From Bacteroidaceae bacterium (GTDB taxonomy: Bacteria > Bacteroidota > Bacteroidia > Bacteroidales > Bacteroidaceae): a DNA stretch of 64,000 nucleotides. Positions 46,109 to 56,873 of the stretch are shown piece after piece. The notes under the pieces were generated by a model. The model was given only the letters and a program-made list of their open reading frames with translations. It did no database searches and had not been told where the DNA came from. Every line of letters begins with the position of its first letter. Position 1 is the stretch's first letter. A program made the translations under genes and the position numbers. The stretch is from assembly GCA_017536325.1 (NCBI GenBank), contig JAFXHQ010000071.1, positions 573 to 64,572 of the forward strand, read 5' to 3'.

Positions 46109-47443
46109 ATGACAAACAATTACAGTTTCAAGAGTATGGTGAAGAAGTATGTCTCTACCAGTGCCGTACTCATCACATTCACAATCCTTGCACTCATAAT
46201 TGCAAACTCACCGTTACAGGATGAGTATTTTTCATTCTGGCAGAAAGAAGTGCATCTATCCATAGGAGGTTTTAACTTTTTCGGCCACGGAGAACACGCG
46301 ATGACACTAATGGAGGTCATAAACGACTTCCTTATGGCATTGTTCTTCCTATCGGTAGGTCTTGAGATAAAGAGAGAGGTGCTTGTCGGGGAATTGTCGT
46401 CGCGCAAGAAGGCCATGCTCCCTATAATCGGAGCCTGCGGAGGCATGATCATACCGGTACTCCTTTTCTGGCTCTCCTGCCCGAACGACTCCGAGATGCT
46501 ACGTGGTGTGGCAATACCTATGGCAACAGACATCGCATTCTCGCTTGGTGTCCTGTCAATCTTCAAGACCAGGGTACCCATAGGACTAAAGATATTCCTG
46601 GCAGCCCTTGCAGTAGCCGATGACCTTGGCGGCATTATAGTAATTGCACTGTTCTACTCTTCGAGTATAAATATGAGCTACATGCTTTTGGCAATAGCTT
46701 GCACGGCAATATTGATGATAGGAAACAAGAAGAGGGTCATGAAGAAGTCCTTCTACCTTGCCATAGGTCTTGTGCTGTGGTATGCAATGCTCAACTCGGG
46801 AATACACGCTACAATAGCCGGAGTAATCGTGGCATTCTGCATACCGGCATCGTTGCACAAAGGCTCACCCTATTACATTGAACGCATACGCAACAACATA
46901 GGCAAATTCCCGGTGACAAACGTCGATAGCAAACACCATACTGTAATTCTTACACACGAGGAAATTCATACACTAAAAAGCATTGAATCGGCAGCCGACA
47001 AGCTTATCAGCCCACTGCAGGACCTCGAAGACAACCTAAACAAAATTATAGGCTACATAGTCATCCCGCTCTTTGCATTCTCCAACGTGGGCATAAACCT
47101 CTCTGCCATGAGTCTCGAAGGACTTACCTGCGGTGTTGGCATGCCGGTGATGGCAGGACTTATATTCGGCAAGTTCATCGGTGTATTCACATTCTCTTTC
47201 ATTGCAATCAAATGCCGAATAGTACAGTTGCCCAAAGGAAGCGACTGGAAATCATTTGCATCGGTATGCATGCTATGCGGAATAGGGCTCACTGTTTCGA
47301 TATTCATTGCCGGGCTCTCCTATTCGTCGGAGGCATTGCTTAATGAGGCCAAGATGGGTATTTTGTGCGGCTCAGCAGTATCTGCAACAATAGGCTGCAT
47401 AATGCTCAACCGCTACCTGCCAAAAACTGCACACCTGCAATAG
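46109..47443 (+). CDS. nhaA: Na+/H+ antiporter NhaA
   Basis: INDFLMALFFLSVGLEIKRE and PMATDIAFSLGVL motifs. Start moved to ATG 46109, downstream of the promoter box. Confidence 0.9.
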   Translation: MTNNYSFKSMVKKYVSTSAVLITFTILALIIANSPLQDEYFSFWQKEVHLSIGGFNFFGHGEHAMTLMEVINDFLMALFFLSVGLEIKREVLVGELSSRKKAMLPIIGACGGMIIPVLLFWLSCPNDSEMLRGVAIPMATDIAFSLGVLSIFKTRVPIGLKIFLAALAVADDLGGIIVIALFYSSSINMSYMLLAIACTAILMIGNKKRVMKKSFYLAIGLVLWYAMLNSGIHATIAGVIVAFCIPASLHKGSPYYIERIRNNIGKFPVTNVDSKHHTVILTHEEIHTLKSIESAADKLISPLQDLEDNLNKIIGYIVIPLFAFSNVGINLSAMSLEGLTCGVGMPVMAGLIFGKFIGVFTFSFIAIKCRIVQLPKGSDWKSFASVCMLCGIGLTVSIFIAGLSYSSEALLNEAKMGILCGSAVSATIGCIMLNRYLPKTAHLQ

Positions 47444-47455
47444 GAACAGAGATTC

Positions 47456-48463
47456 TCAGTACTCGTGCACATTAGCCAGACGCCAGACGCACAAGCATGT
47501 CGCACGCGTAATGTCGGCGAGTTTGGGATAATCAATCTTGTCGGCACTGTCGCTGACACGATGATAATCGGGATGCCCTTCGGTATGATACCATACTATG
47601 GGTATCCCTTTTCTGGCAAAGGGAGTATTGTCACTACCGCCAATAAGGTTCTCCGACGCATTATATAATGGAGTAAAACAAAAATCATGCTTCTTCATAT
47701 CGGTACACATCCACTCCCCGAAGAGAGGATTTCCGGCTGTGTACATATAGCTCAGGTGTTCCGGTTTCTCTGCCGGCCCACGACCTACCATATCAAAATT
47801 CATATAGGCCGAAATATCCGATAAAAAGGTACATTTCTTTACAAAATACCTTGAGCCCAACAACCCCTTCTCCTCTCCGTCCCAAAGAGCAAATATTATG
47901 GTACGCCCCGGCTGCCTACCTGCTGCCTTGATGGCTTTTGCTATCTGCAGCACAGCCGACACACCCGATGCATTATCGTCGGCACCATTGAAACATTGGT
48001 CACCGACAAGAGTTGTATCCACACCTAAATGGTCATAATGTGCCCCCACAATGACCACTCCTTTTTCTTTTCCTGGAATTACAGCAAGTATATTCTTCAG
48101 CGAGCGTGTCTCGCAACCATCGGCAATGAACCCCGAAATATCGCAGTCAGCCTCCGTAATCCAGTTGTTGCCGTTCTTCACAGTAGCGAAGTGCTGATAA
48201 TACCCATTGTCAAAAAACGGTTCAATGCCATACTCCCTAAAAAGCGATACAATATACTCGGCAGCCACACTTCCGCCACGGGTACCGGCATCACGCCCCT
48301 CAAGAATATCACTCGACAGAAAACCGACAATTGAGCTTGCACTCTCTTCGGTAATACATTCATACCCACGTTTGGGAAGATTCTGAGCAACAGACTCATT
48401 TACCTTGGAAAAAGTGAAAAAGAGCAGGCACAACACAAACAAAGTTTTTGTACGATTTTTCAT
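47456..48463 (-). CDS. M28-family zinc aminopeptidase, secreted
   Basis: GAHYDHLG, NGADDNASGVS, FALWDGEEKGLLGS and NFDMVG metal-ligand motifs. Signal peptide from ATG 48463 (MKNRTKTLFVLCLLFFTF). Confidence 0.85.
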   Translation of the reverse strand: MKNRTKTLFVLCLLFFTFSKVNESVAQNLPKRGYECITEESASSIVGFLSSDILEGRDAGTRGGSVAAEYIVSLFREYGIEPFFDNGYYQHFATVKNGNNWITEADCDISGFIADGCETRSLKNILAVIPGKEKGVVIVGAHYDHLGVDTTLVGDQCFNGADDNASGVSAVLQIAKAIKAAGRQPGRTIIFALWDGEEKGLLGSRYFVKKCTFLSDISAYMNFDMVGRGPAEKPEHLSYMYTAGNPLFGEWMCTDMKKHDFCFTPLYNASENLIGGSDNTPFARKGIPIVWYHTEGHPDYHRVSDSADKIDYPKLADITRATCLCVWRLANVHEY

Positions 48464-48710
48464 AGACAAGTTTATTAAAGCAGGCTTTTCAGCAACCTTT
48501 AAATTTTCCATAAACATAATAAATTTTTTCCACATACCATGCCCATAGCGACCTTGTTTGCGGCAGCACCGGCAAAAGCAGGAAAGAAACACAAGCATTC
48601 CCCACCCAAAAGCGGATTCTATCAAGGCACTTATTTTCAATCCAATAACAGCAAGAAAGCACCCGATACGGACTGTTGATAACTTTATTGAAAAAATATC
48701 CCGAAATATT

Positions 48711-48735
48711 GTGGGGAATTGTGGGGAATTGTGTA
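48711..48735 (+). promoter_or_regulatory. MraZ operator: direct repeats GTGGGGAATT GTGGGGAATT GTGTA at 10-bp period
   Basis: Two perfect and one degenerate repeat 36-60 nt upstream of the mraZ ATG. The GTGGG-N5 spacing matches the known E. coli MraZ operator layout. Confidence 0.7.
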
Positions 48736-48770
48736 TTTTTGGAACGAATTATATATTTTAGAGACAAAGT

Positions 48771-49235
48771 ATGCGTTTCATAGGCAACATAGAGGCAAAG
48801 ACAGACAGCAAGGGAAGAGTGTTCCTGCCGGCCTGTTTCCGCCGTATTCTCCAAGCCGGAGGATGCGACAAGGTGATGTTGCGCAAGGACGTATATCAGG
48901 ATTGTCTGGTAATATACCCGGAACAGAGCTGGAATGAGCAGTTGGATCTGTTACGCAGCAAGCTGGACAAATGGAATGCAAAGCACCAGATGCTGTTCCG
49001 TCAGTTTGTGGCAGATGTGGAAGAATTGGGCATTGACAGCAATGGGCGCATCCTGCTCCCCAAAAGATATCTTGCAATGGCTGCGATAAAGCAGGAAGTA
49101 AGGTTCATCGGCATGGACGATACAATTGAGATATGGGCAAAGGAAAAGCTCGATAAACCATTCATGACACCCGATGAGTTCGGCAAGGAACTTGAAATGA
49201 TAATGACAGCCGGGAAGGGAGGCGAAAATGAATAA
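48771..49235 (+). CDS. mraZ: transcriptional regulator MraZ
   Basis: MRFIGNIEAKTDSKGRVFLP and a second DSNGRILLP half-domain (duplicated SpoVT/AbrB-like fold). First gene of the dcw cluster. Confidence 0.95.
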   Translation: MRFIGNIEAKTDSKGRVFLPACFRRILQAGGCDKVMLRKDVYQDCLVIYPEQSWNEQLDLLRSKLDKWNAKHQMLFRQFVADVEELGIDSNGRILLPKRYLAMAAIKQEVRFIGMDDTIEIWAKEKLDKPFMTPDEFGKELEMIMTAGKGGENE

Positions 49236-50139
49236 CACACAGACATACCACACACCAGTACTGCTGAAGGAGAGTGTGGACGGAATGCAGATTGGTCCCG
49301 GCGACATCTGTATTGACGTCACATTCGGCGGAGGAGGACATTCAAGGGAGATACTTGACCGTATGGGTAAGAAGGGACATCTGTACAGTTTCGACCAGGA
49401 TGCCGATGCCGAGAAAAATGCACCGGAGGACAATCGTTTCACTTTTGTCAGGGGCAACTTCCGCTTCATATATAACTTCATGCGGTATCACGATACCACT
49501 GAGGTTGATGCCATACTTGCCGATCTCGGTGTTTCGGGACACCATTTCGATGACGAGACACGCGGTTTCTCCTTCCGTTTCGATGCCGATCTGGACATGA
49601 GAATGAACAAACGCGGAGGCGAAACAGCTGCGGATCTGCTCAACCGTGCCAGCGAAGAGGAACTGACAAGGATATTCAAGCTTTACGGTGAATTGAACTG
49701 CGCACGCAAACTGGCCTCGAGAATAGTAAAGGCACGTGCCGAAAAACCTATAACAAGAGTCAACGAGCTTAAGGAGATAGCCAAACCGTTCTGTCCTCCG
49801 CAACGCGAAAAGAAAGAGATGGCAAAGGTTTTCCAAGCACTGAGGATAGAGATAAACAAAGAGGTTGAGGCTTTGCAGGAGATGCTGGCAAGTGCAAAGG
49901 ATCTGCTCAAACCGGGTGGAAGACTTGTCGTAATAACATACCACTCAATAGAAGACCGCATCGTGAAGAACTTCATGAAAAGCGGCAATTTCGAGGGTAA
50001 GGTAGAGCAGGATTTCTTCGGCAGAAGCACATCGCCTTTCGACATGAAGAAGGTAATTGTGCCTACAGATGAGGAGATGGAGAGGAATCCGCGCTCAAGA
50101 AGTGCAAAACTGCGTATAGCTATAAAAAAGGAGAACTGA
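49228..50139 (+). CDS. rsmH: 16S rRNA (cytosine1402-N4)-methyltransferase
   Basis: YHTPVLLKESV, DVTFGGGGHS, ADLGVSGHHFD and ITYHSIEDRIVK motifs. Confidence 0.95.
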   Translation: MNNTQTYHTPVLLKESVDGMQIGPGDICIDVTFGGGGHSREILDRMGKKGHLYSFDQDADAEKNAPEDNRFTFVRGNFRFIYNFMRYHDTTEVDAILADLGVSGHHFDDETRGFSFRFDADLDMRMNKRGGETAADLLNRASEEELTRIFKLYGELNCARKLASRIVKARAEKPITRVNELKEIAKPFCPPQREKKEMAKVFQALRIEINKEVEALQEMLASAKDLLKPGGRLVVITYHSIEDRIVKNFMKSGNFEGKVEQDFFGRSTSPFDMKKVIVPTDEEMERNPRSRSAKLRIAIKKEN

Positions 50140-50141
50140 TT

Positions 50142-50495
50142 ATGGACAACAAAGAGGAAAAAAAGAAGAGCGGCAAAAAGAAGAAAACCGGAATATTCGG
50201 TTATATCTTCGGCGGGCGCATATTCGTAAGCGACATAATCACCAAGAATGCCCTACTGCTCGGCCTTATAATCATCTACTCCTTTATATATGTAAGCAAC
50301 AGGTATGAGTATGAACAGGAGTTGCTCAAGATAGACAAGCTCACCAAAGAGAGAAATGAGCTGAGGAATACACTGCTCACCCTGCAATGCGAACTGGCAT
50401 CAATGAGCAGGCAGACAAATGTCGAAGAAGTTCTCAAAAAGAACGGAAGCGAACTCAAGACAAGCAACAAGGCACCTTATATAATAGAGAAATAA
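50142..50495 (+). CDS. ftsL: FtsL-like cell division protein
   Basis: 117 aa. Basic N-terminus, one TM helix, then a coiled-coil segment. Lies between rsmH and ftsI. Confidence 0.75.
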   Translation: MDNKEEKKKSGKKKKTGIFGYIFGGRIFVSDIITKNALLLGLIIIYSFIYVSNRYEYEQELLKIDKLTKERNELRNTLLTLQCELASMSRQTNVEEVLKKNGSELKTSNKAPYIIEK

Positions 50496-50498
50496 CAC

Positions 50499-52790
50499 AT
50501 GTTCCAAACACGCAAAAATGCCATATTCCGTTTTAACCTCCTGGTGGTACTGTTCTTTGCCATCTGGGGTGTTGCCATTATAGGCATTGCAACAAAGATC
50601 ATGTTCTTTGACAGGGATATGTGGAAAGAGGTCGAGGAAGACTACAAGAAAGAGAGGAAGATAAGTTACGAAGTGGAAATTCCGGCGCGCCGAGGCAATA
50701 TTCTCGACGACAAGGGAGACCTTATGGTAAGTACATTGCCGCAGTACAGAATCTTCTTTGACTTCAAATACATAAACCGCGACAACCCTGAAGATGCGAA
50801 GAAGACCCAGGATGAGAGAAACAGACTGTGGGAAGAACACATGGATGAAATCTGCGACAAGCTCCACGAGATACTGCCTCACACGGAACCCGAGACATTC
50901 AAAAAGACAATCACAAATGGACTTAAGAACCTCAAAGGCGGTGTAAGGCTATGCAGAGGAAGAATTTCATATACACAGTACAAGCGTATCATGGAACTTC
51001 CTATCTTCAACCTTGGATGGAAATACAGCGGAGTACGCACCGAGGAGGAAATCGAACGTAGAAGAATATACGACGACATAGGATGCAGTACACTCGGAGT
51101 ATTGCGTAAAAGCGAGCAGCTGGACGGTACTGTAATTGAAGAGATACAGGGACTGGAGAAGACATATGACAAATATTTAAGAGGTGTTCCGGGCAAAGGA
51201 CATATCGAAAAGGTCGGAGGCGATTTCATCACCAAGACCGATGTTCTGCCCCAGAACGGCTACGACATACAGACCACCCTCAACCCCGAGATGATGGACA
51301 TCTGCTACGAAGAGGTAAAAAAGGTGTTGGAAGAGAAAAGTCTTGCTGCCGGATGGGCTGTACTGTTGGAAGCCAAGACCGGTGACATAAAGGCAATAGT
51401 AAACCTTACCAGGTCTTTGGTCGGAGGCAAATACACATACATTGAGACAGACAAGATAATAGAATACAACAGTACTGCCAACCACTCGCTCACCGAGCGC
51501 AACGAACCCGGCTCGATTTTCAAGACGGTTGCAATGACGGCTATGATTGAAGACAAGAGAATAACATTGAGCGACTCGGTTACTGCATATAGAGGAAAGG
51601 TAAAGTACTTCGACAAGCACAGGGTCTCCGACGAGATGTACAGAGGAATGGGAGAAACCAACCTCTACTCACCACGCGAAGCCATGATGTACTCTTCCAA
51701 CATTGCTCTCACGCAGTTCATACGCAGGTCATACCTGAAGGAGCCCGAAACATACACAAACCTGTTGAAGAGTTTTGGAATAACCGAAAACTACAAAGTC
51801 ATAGCCGACGAGGTATCACCGTATATGACAACACCCGACAATAAAGGATGGGGCAGATCGACGTTGCATACACTGTCATATGGATACGGAATAGCGACCA
51901 CAGCATTGAACATGGTCACATTCTACAACATCATCGCAAATGACGGAAAGTATATCAAGCCACGACTTGTAAAGGCAATCATCGAAAACGGGAAGGTTAT
52001 AGAGTCATTCCCCACGATAGTGCTGGATGACCAGTTGGTATCCAAGGAGACCGCCGATGATGTCACCTACCTGCTGACCGAGGTGGTACAAGGAACAAAC
52101 AAGATACCTGGCGACAGCAGATATGGCAAGCTCGATGGAACAGGCAAGAGAGCGAACTCAAAGATGATGACCATTGCCGGAAAGACCGGTACTGCCAACA
52201 GATCCAATCTCAACGACAACGAGAAACTGATGAGCTTCTGCGGATTCTTCCCTGCCGAAGACCCGGAATACACGCTCATTGTTCAGATGTATTACGACAT
52301 AAAGCTGGACAAACGCACAGCAAAGGAGCGCAAAGACAACAGTTACGGTGGAGGAAGCACATCTGCAATAGCATTCAAGAACATTGCCGAGAGGATAATG
52401 TCAAAGAGCCTTACATCCGACATACAGGATGCCGTTGACGGCACCAACCTACACCGGCCCGAAATAATGCCGGGCAGCATATACGAGGCAAATCTCGTAC
52501 TTGGCGAACTTGGCATAGAGGGAGCCCAGGCACCGGAAGCCGTATCCGACACCCTGTGGGGGAACATCAAGCACGACAAGTACGGAGATGTTTACCACGA
52601 AGCAAAAATATTTGAGTACGGAACTGTCCCCGACGTGCGTGGAATGGGTGCGAAGGATGCCGTCTTCCTGCTACAGAAATGCGGAATGAAGGTAGAGATA
52701 GAGGGTTACGGCAAAGTGATGTCACAAAGCATTGAAGCAGGAGAAGAGATTTTCGGAGAAGAGACCATTCGCCTGCATCTTGAACCATAA
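50499..52790 (+). CDS. ftsI: penicillin-binding protein 3 (FtsI) with C-terminal PASTA domain
   Basis: N-terminal TM helix, transpeptidase motifs EPGSIFK, YSSN and KTGTA. C-terminal VPDVRGMGAKDAVFLLQKCGMKVEIEGYGKVMSQS is a PASTA unit. Confidence 0.9.
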   Translation: MFQTRKNAIFRFNLLVVLFFAIWGVAIIGIATKIMFFDRDMWKEVEEDYKKERKISYEVEIPARRGNILDDKGDLMVSTLPQYRIFFDFKYINRDNPEDAKKTQDERNRLWEEHMDEICDKLHEILPHTEPETFKKTITNGLKNLKGGVRLCRGRISYTQYKRIMELPIFNLGWKYSGVRTEEEIERRRIYDDIGCSTLGVLRKSEQLDGTVIEEIQGLEKTYDKYLRGVPGKGHIEKVGGDFITKTDVLPQNGYDIQTTLNPEMMDICYEEVKKVLEEKSLAAGWAVLLEAKTGDIKAIVNLTRSLVGGKYTYIETDKIIEYNSTANHSLTERNEPGSIFKTVAMTAMIEDKRITLSDSVTAYRGKVKYFDKHRVSDEMYRGMGETNLYSPREAMMYSSNIALTQFIRRSYLKEPETYTNLLKSFGITENYKVIADEVSPYMTTPDNKGWGRSTLHTLSYGYGIATTALNMVTFYNIIANDGKYIKPRLVKAIIENGKVIESFPTIVLDDQLVSKETADDVTYLLTEVVQGTNKIPGDSRYGKLDGTGKRANSKMMTIAGKTGTANRSNLNDNEKLMSFCGFFPAEDPEYTLIVQMYYDIKLDKRTAKERKDNSYGGGSTSAIAFKNIAERIMSKSLTSDIQDAVDGTNLHRPEIMPGSIYEANLVLGELGIEGAQAPEAVSDTLWGNIKHDKYGDVYHEAKIFEYGTVPDVRGMGAKDAVFLLQKCGMKVEIEGYGKVMSQSIEAGEEIFGEETIRLHLEP

Positions 52791-52808
52791 AGAAAAAAAC
52801 AACGATAT

Positions 52809-54263
52809 ATGGAACTTGGAGAACTATTAAGAGAGATTCAATACAACAGGCTCGTCCTTCCCAAAGATGATGTCGATGTGCTTGGTGTGAACATCGATTC
52901 ACGATTGGTAAAGAATGGTGACCTCTTCATAGCCATGAAGGGAACCCAGACCGACGGACACCAATATATTGCGGCAGCCGAAGAAAAAGGAGCTGTTGCT
53001 ATTCTCTGTGAGGAGATGCCCGAAAAACTCAACCCTGCTGTCGCTTACATCAAAGTACCCGACGCTCAGGCCGTGACAGGAGTCATAGCAACAACATTCT
53101 ATGGCAATCCTTCACAAAAGATGAAGCTCGTAGGTGTCACCGGCACAAACGGCAAGACCACAATTGCTACCTTATTATATGAGCTGTTCAGTCAGATGGG
53201 GCACAAATGCGGTCTGTTATCTACAGTATGCAACTACATAAACGGTGAGGCCTATCCATCGACACACACCACACCTGACCCGATTTCGCTGAACCGTCTT
53301 CTAGCCCAGATGGCCGATGCCGGCTGCGAGTATGCATTCATGGAGGTAAGTTCACACTCATTGGCACAACAAAGGGTCGGGGGACTTGAATTTGCTGGCG
53401 GCATATTCACAAACCTCACATGTGACCACATGGATTTCCACGGCGACATGGACAACTACCTCAAGGCCAAGAAGAGCTTCTTCGACAACTTGCCCAGGAA
53501 CGCATTCGCCATAACCAACCTTGACGACAAGAACGGTCCCGTAATGGTGCAGAACTGCAAAGGCGATGTAAAAAGCTACTCAGCACGCACACTCGGCGAC
53601 TACAAAGGACGTATAGTGGAGACACACCTCGACGGAATGGTGCTTGAGTTCAACAGGAGAGAATTCGCGACCATGCTTACAGGAAGGTTCAATGTAAGCA
53701 ACCTGCTTGCGATATACGCTGCAGCATCGGAGCTCGGGAAAGAACCGGAAGAGATACTTCGTATTCTCAGCACCATGAAACCCGTTTCGGGGCGTTTCGA
53801 GACAATACATTCGGGTAACGGCATATCAGCCATAGTGGATTATGCCCACACACCAGATGCCATAAAGAATGTACTGGGTACCGTCAACGAAGTTCTTAAA
53901 GGCAGAGGAAAAATCATTACAGTTGTCGGAGCCGGCGGTAACCGCGACAAGGGCAAACGACCCATTATGGCCGTTGAAGCTGTAAAAAGCAGTGACAAGG
54001 TTATCCTCACATCGGACAACCCACGTTTCGAGGAGCCTCAGGATATCATCAACGACATGCTGGCCGGATTGGATGAAGAACAGAAGAAGAAAGTGATATC
54101 GATTGTTGACCGCCGCGAGGCAATAAGGACAGCATACGCACTCGCAAACAGCGGTGATGTAATTCTTGTTGCAGGAAAAGGGCACGAGGACTATCAGGAA
54201 ATAAAAGGTGTCAAACACCACTTCGATGACAAAGAGATAATAAAGGAGATATTCAACGCATAA
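52809..54263 (+). CDS. murE: UDP-N-acetylmuramoyl-L-alanyl-D-glutamate--2,6-diaminopimelate ligase
   Basis: [11 protein letters not shown]-loop, DYAHTPDA, and the DNPR motif (TSDNPRFE) of meso-DAP-adding MurE. Confidence 0.95.
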   Translation: MELGELLREIQYNRLVLPKDDVDVLGVNIDSRLVKNGDLFIAMKGTQTDGHQYIAAAEEKGAVAILCEEMPEKLNPAVAYIKVPDAQAVTGVIATTFYGNPSQKMKLVGVTGTNGKTTIATLLYELFSQMGHKCGLLSTVCNYINGEAYPSTHTTPDPISLNRLLAQMADAGCEYAFMEVSSHSLAQQRVGGLEFAGGIFTNLTCDHMDFHGDMDNYLKAKKSFFDNLPRNAFAITNLDDKNGPVMVQNCKGDVKSYSARTLGDYKGRIVETHLDGMVLEFNRREFATMLTGRFNVSNLLAIYAAASELGKEPEEILRILSTMKPVSGRFETIHSGNGISAIVDYAHTPDAIKNVLGTVNEVLKGRGKIITVVGAGGNRDKGKRPIMAVEAVKSSDKVILTSDNPRFEEPQDIINDMLAGLDEEQKKKVISIVDRREAIRTAYALANSGDVILVAGKGHEDYQEIKGVKHHFDDKEIIKEIFNA

Positions 54264-54276
54264 AACGACAGCAACC

Positions 54277-55533
54277 ATGCTCTACTACCTTTTCGACCTT
54301 CTAAAAGACACAGACTTTCCGGGAGCCAGACTCTTCAACTACGTATCGTTCAGAGCCTTGCTTGCTATTGTAATTTCACTTATCGTATCTGCATGGTTCG
54401 GCAGTACCCTCATAAAGTACTTCAAGAAGAAACAGATAACCGAGACATTGCGTGACTTCGACAAGAACAATCTCAAGGCCGGCGTGCCTACAATGGGTGG
54501 CATAATAATCATCATAGCCATACTTGTCCCTTGTCTCCTGCTTGGAAAGCTGGACAACATATACATGATACTGCTGCTCGTTACAACCGTATGGCTCGGC
54601 ATACTTGGTTTTGCCGATGACTACATAAAAACATTCAAGAAGAATAAGGACGGTATCCCCGGCAAGGTAAAGATTGCCGCACAGGTAGGACTTGGTCTTT
54701 TTATCGGACTTACTCTCTGCTTCAGTCCCCAGGCAGTCATGAGAGAGAATGTTGTTGTACAGAATGGTGATACGACAGAGATACAGCTGAGCCCTAAAGC
54801 GACAAAGGAAAACAAGACCACAATACCGTTTGTCAAGGACCACAACATCAACTACAGCGAGATAATGTCGTTCTGTGGCGACTACAAGGAAGAGGCCGGT
54901 TGGGCCCTCTTTGTACTGGTAACCATCTTTGTGGTTACTGCCGTTTCGAATGGAGCCAACCTGAACGACGGAATGGACGGAATGCTTGCCGGCAACGCAG
55001 CCATAATAGGTATAACGCTGGCAGTGCTTGCCTACGTATCGAGCCATGTCGGGTGGGCCGAGTACTTTGACATAATGTTCCTGCCTGGAGGAGAAGAGGT
55101 GGTAATATTCACCTTCGCCTTCATAGGCGCACTCATAGGTTTCCTCTGGTACAATTCATTCCCTGCTCAAGTATTCATGGGAGATACTGGAAGCTTGACA
55201 ATTGGAGGTATCATTGGAGTAATAGCCATACTCATACACAAGGAGATACTGCTTGTACTGCTTTGCGGAATCTTTGTTGCCGAAAACATGTCGGTCATAA
55301 TGCAGGTCGCATACTTCAAGAAAGGAAAGAAGAAGGGTATAAAACAGAGAATATTCCGCCGCACCCCACTTCATCACCACTACAACATGGAAGAAGAGAA
55401 GCTCGACAAAGAGTGCAAATATATACTTAAAGGTCCCGAAAGACCGCTCCACGAGGCCAAGGTCACTCTCCGTTTCTGGATTGTTACCATAATAATGGCA
55501 GCTATAACACTAATGACACTCAAGATAAGATAA
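54277..55533 (+). CDS. mraY: phospho-N-acetylmuramoyl-pentapeptide transferase
   Basis: GVPTMGG, NLNDGMDG, FMGDTGSL and PLHHH motifs. Confidence 0.95.
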   Translation: MLYYLFDLLKDTDFPGARLFNYVSFRALLAIVISLIVSAWFGSTLIKYFKKKQITETLRDFDKNNLKAGVPTMGGIIIIIAILVPCLLLGKLDNIYMILLLVTTVWLGILGFADDYIKTFKKNKDGIPGKVKIAAQVGLGLFIGLTLCFSPQAVMRENVVVQNGDTTEIQLSPKATKENKTTIPFVKDHNINYSEIMSFCGDYKEEAGWALFVLVTIFVVTAVSNGANLNDGMDGMLAGNAAIIGITLAVLAYVSSHVGWAEYFDIMFLPGGEEVVIFTFAFIGALIGFLWYNSFPAQVFMGDTGSLTIGGIIGVIAILIHKEILLVLLCGIFVAENMSVIMQVAYFKKGKKKGIKQRIFRRTPLHHHYNMEEEKLDKECKYILKGPERPLHEAKVTLRFWIVTIIMAAITLMTLKIR

Positions 55534-56865
55534 ATGGAGAAGAGGATTGTTATATTAGGAGCTGGCGAGAGCGGCTGCGGAGCAGCTGTACTGGCCAAGA
55601 AATTGGGGTTCGATGTGTTCGTATCGGACTTTGGAGCCATAGCCGACAGATACAAGGCTATGCTCGACCGGCGCGACATCCCCTGGGAGGAGAAGAGACA
55701 TACAGAAGAACTCATCCTTAACGCAGGCGAAATCATAAAGAGCCCCGGAATACCCGATGAGGCACCTGTCATAGTAAAGATAAAGAATGCCGGAATACCT
55801 ATAATCTCGGAGATTGAGTTTGCCGGGAGATACACGAATGCAAAGATGATATGCATTACCGGCAGCAACGGAAAGACCACGACAACGTCACTGATATATC
55901 ATATATTCCGCGAAGCAGGACTGAATGTGGGACTTGCCGGCAACATCGGCAGCAGTCTTGCCCTGCAGGTAGCCGAAGACGACAAGGACTATTATGTAGT
56001 GGAGTTGAGCAGTTTCCAGCTCGACAACATGTATGAATTCCGTGCCAATGTAGCCGTACTTATGAACATAACCCCCGACCACCTCGACAGGTACGGGTAC
56101 AAGATGCAGAATTATATAGATGCTAAATTCCGTATCCTGCAGAATCAGAAGCCCGATGATGCTTTCGTATATTGGAATGACGACCCGATAATACAGAAGG
56201 AGTTGCCTAAATACAGTCATGGAAAGCTTTACCCGTTCGCCGAAGAGAAGCAGGATGAAATCGCGGCATATACACACAAGGAGATGCTTGTCTTTACAGA
56301 GCCAACACCGTTCAACATGGAACTCGAAGAGCTCTCGCTCACCGGCAAGCACAACCTGTATAACTCAATGGCTGCAGGAATATCGGCCAATGTGGCGGGA
56401 ATACGCAAAGAGACCATACGCGAAGCACTGCGCACATTTGCAGGTGTGGAACACAGATTGGAAAAGGTTGCCAAAGTCAACGGAGTGGAATACATCAACG
56501 ACTCCAAGGCAACCAATGTAAACAGTTGCTGGTATGCCTTGCAGAGCATGAAGAACAAGACGATACTCATCCTCGGCGGAAAAGACAAAGGCAACGACTA
56601 CAGCGAAATCGCAGAACTCGTGAAGGAGAAATGCAGCGGCCTCATCTTCCTTGGTGCCGACAACAGCAAGCTTCTGGAATTCTTCGGGAAATTCGGACTG
56701 CCGATTGCCGATACCCATTCCATGCAGGAGTGTGTAGAGCAGGCATACAGGATGGCAAAGAGCGGAGAGACCGTGCTGCTCAGCCCTTGCTGTGCAAGTT
56801 TCGATCTCTTCAAGAGCTATGAGGACAGAGGAAGGCAATTCAAAGAATTGGTATGTAAATTATAG
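55534..56865 (+). CDS. murD: UDP-N-acetylmuramoylalanine--D-glutamate ligase
   Basis: ILGAGESG Rossmann N-terminus, ITGSNGKTTT P-loop, DSKATN motif. Confidence 0.95.
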   Translation: MEKRIVILGAGESGCGAAVLAKKLGFDVFVSDFGAIADRYKAMLDRRDIPWEEKRHTEELILNAGEIIKSPGIPDEAPVIVKIKNAGIPIISEIEFAGRYTNAKMICITGSNGKTTTTSLIYHIFREAGLNVGLAGNIGSSLALQVAEDDKDYYVVELSSFQLDNMYEFRANVAVLMNITPDHLDRYGYKMQNYIDAKFRILQNQKPDDAFVYWNDDPIIQKELPKYSHGKLYPFAEEKQDEIAAYTHKEMLVFTEPTPFNMELEELSLTGKHNLYNSMAAGISANVAGIRKETIREALRTFAGVEHRLEKVAKVNGVEYINDSKATNVNSCWYALQSMKNKTILILGGKDKGNDYSEIAELVKEKCSGLIFLGADNSKLLEFFGKFGLPIADTHSMQECVEQAYRMAKSGETVLLSPCCASFDLFKSYEDRGRQFKELVCKL

Positions 56866-56873
56866 AGCAGATC

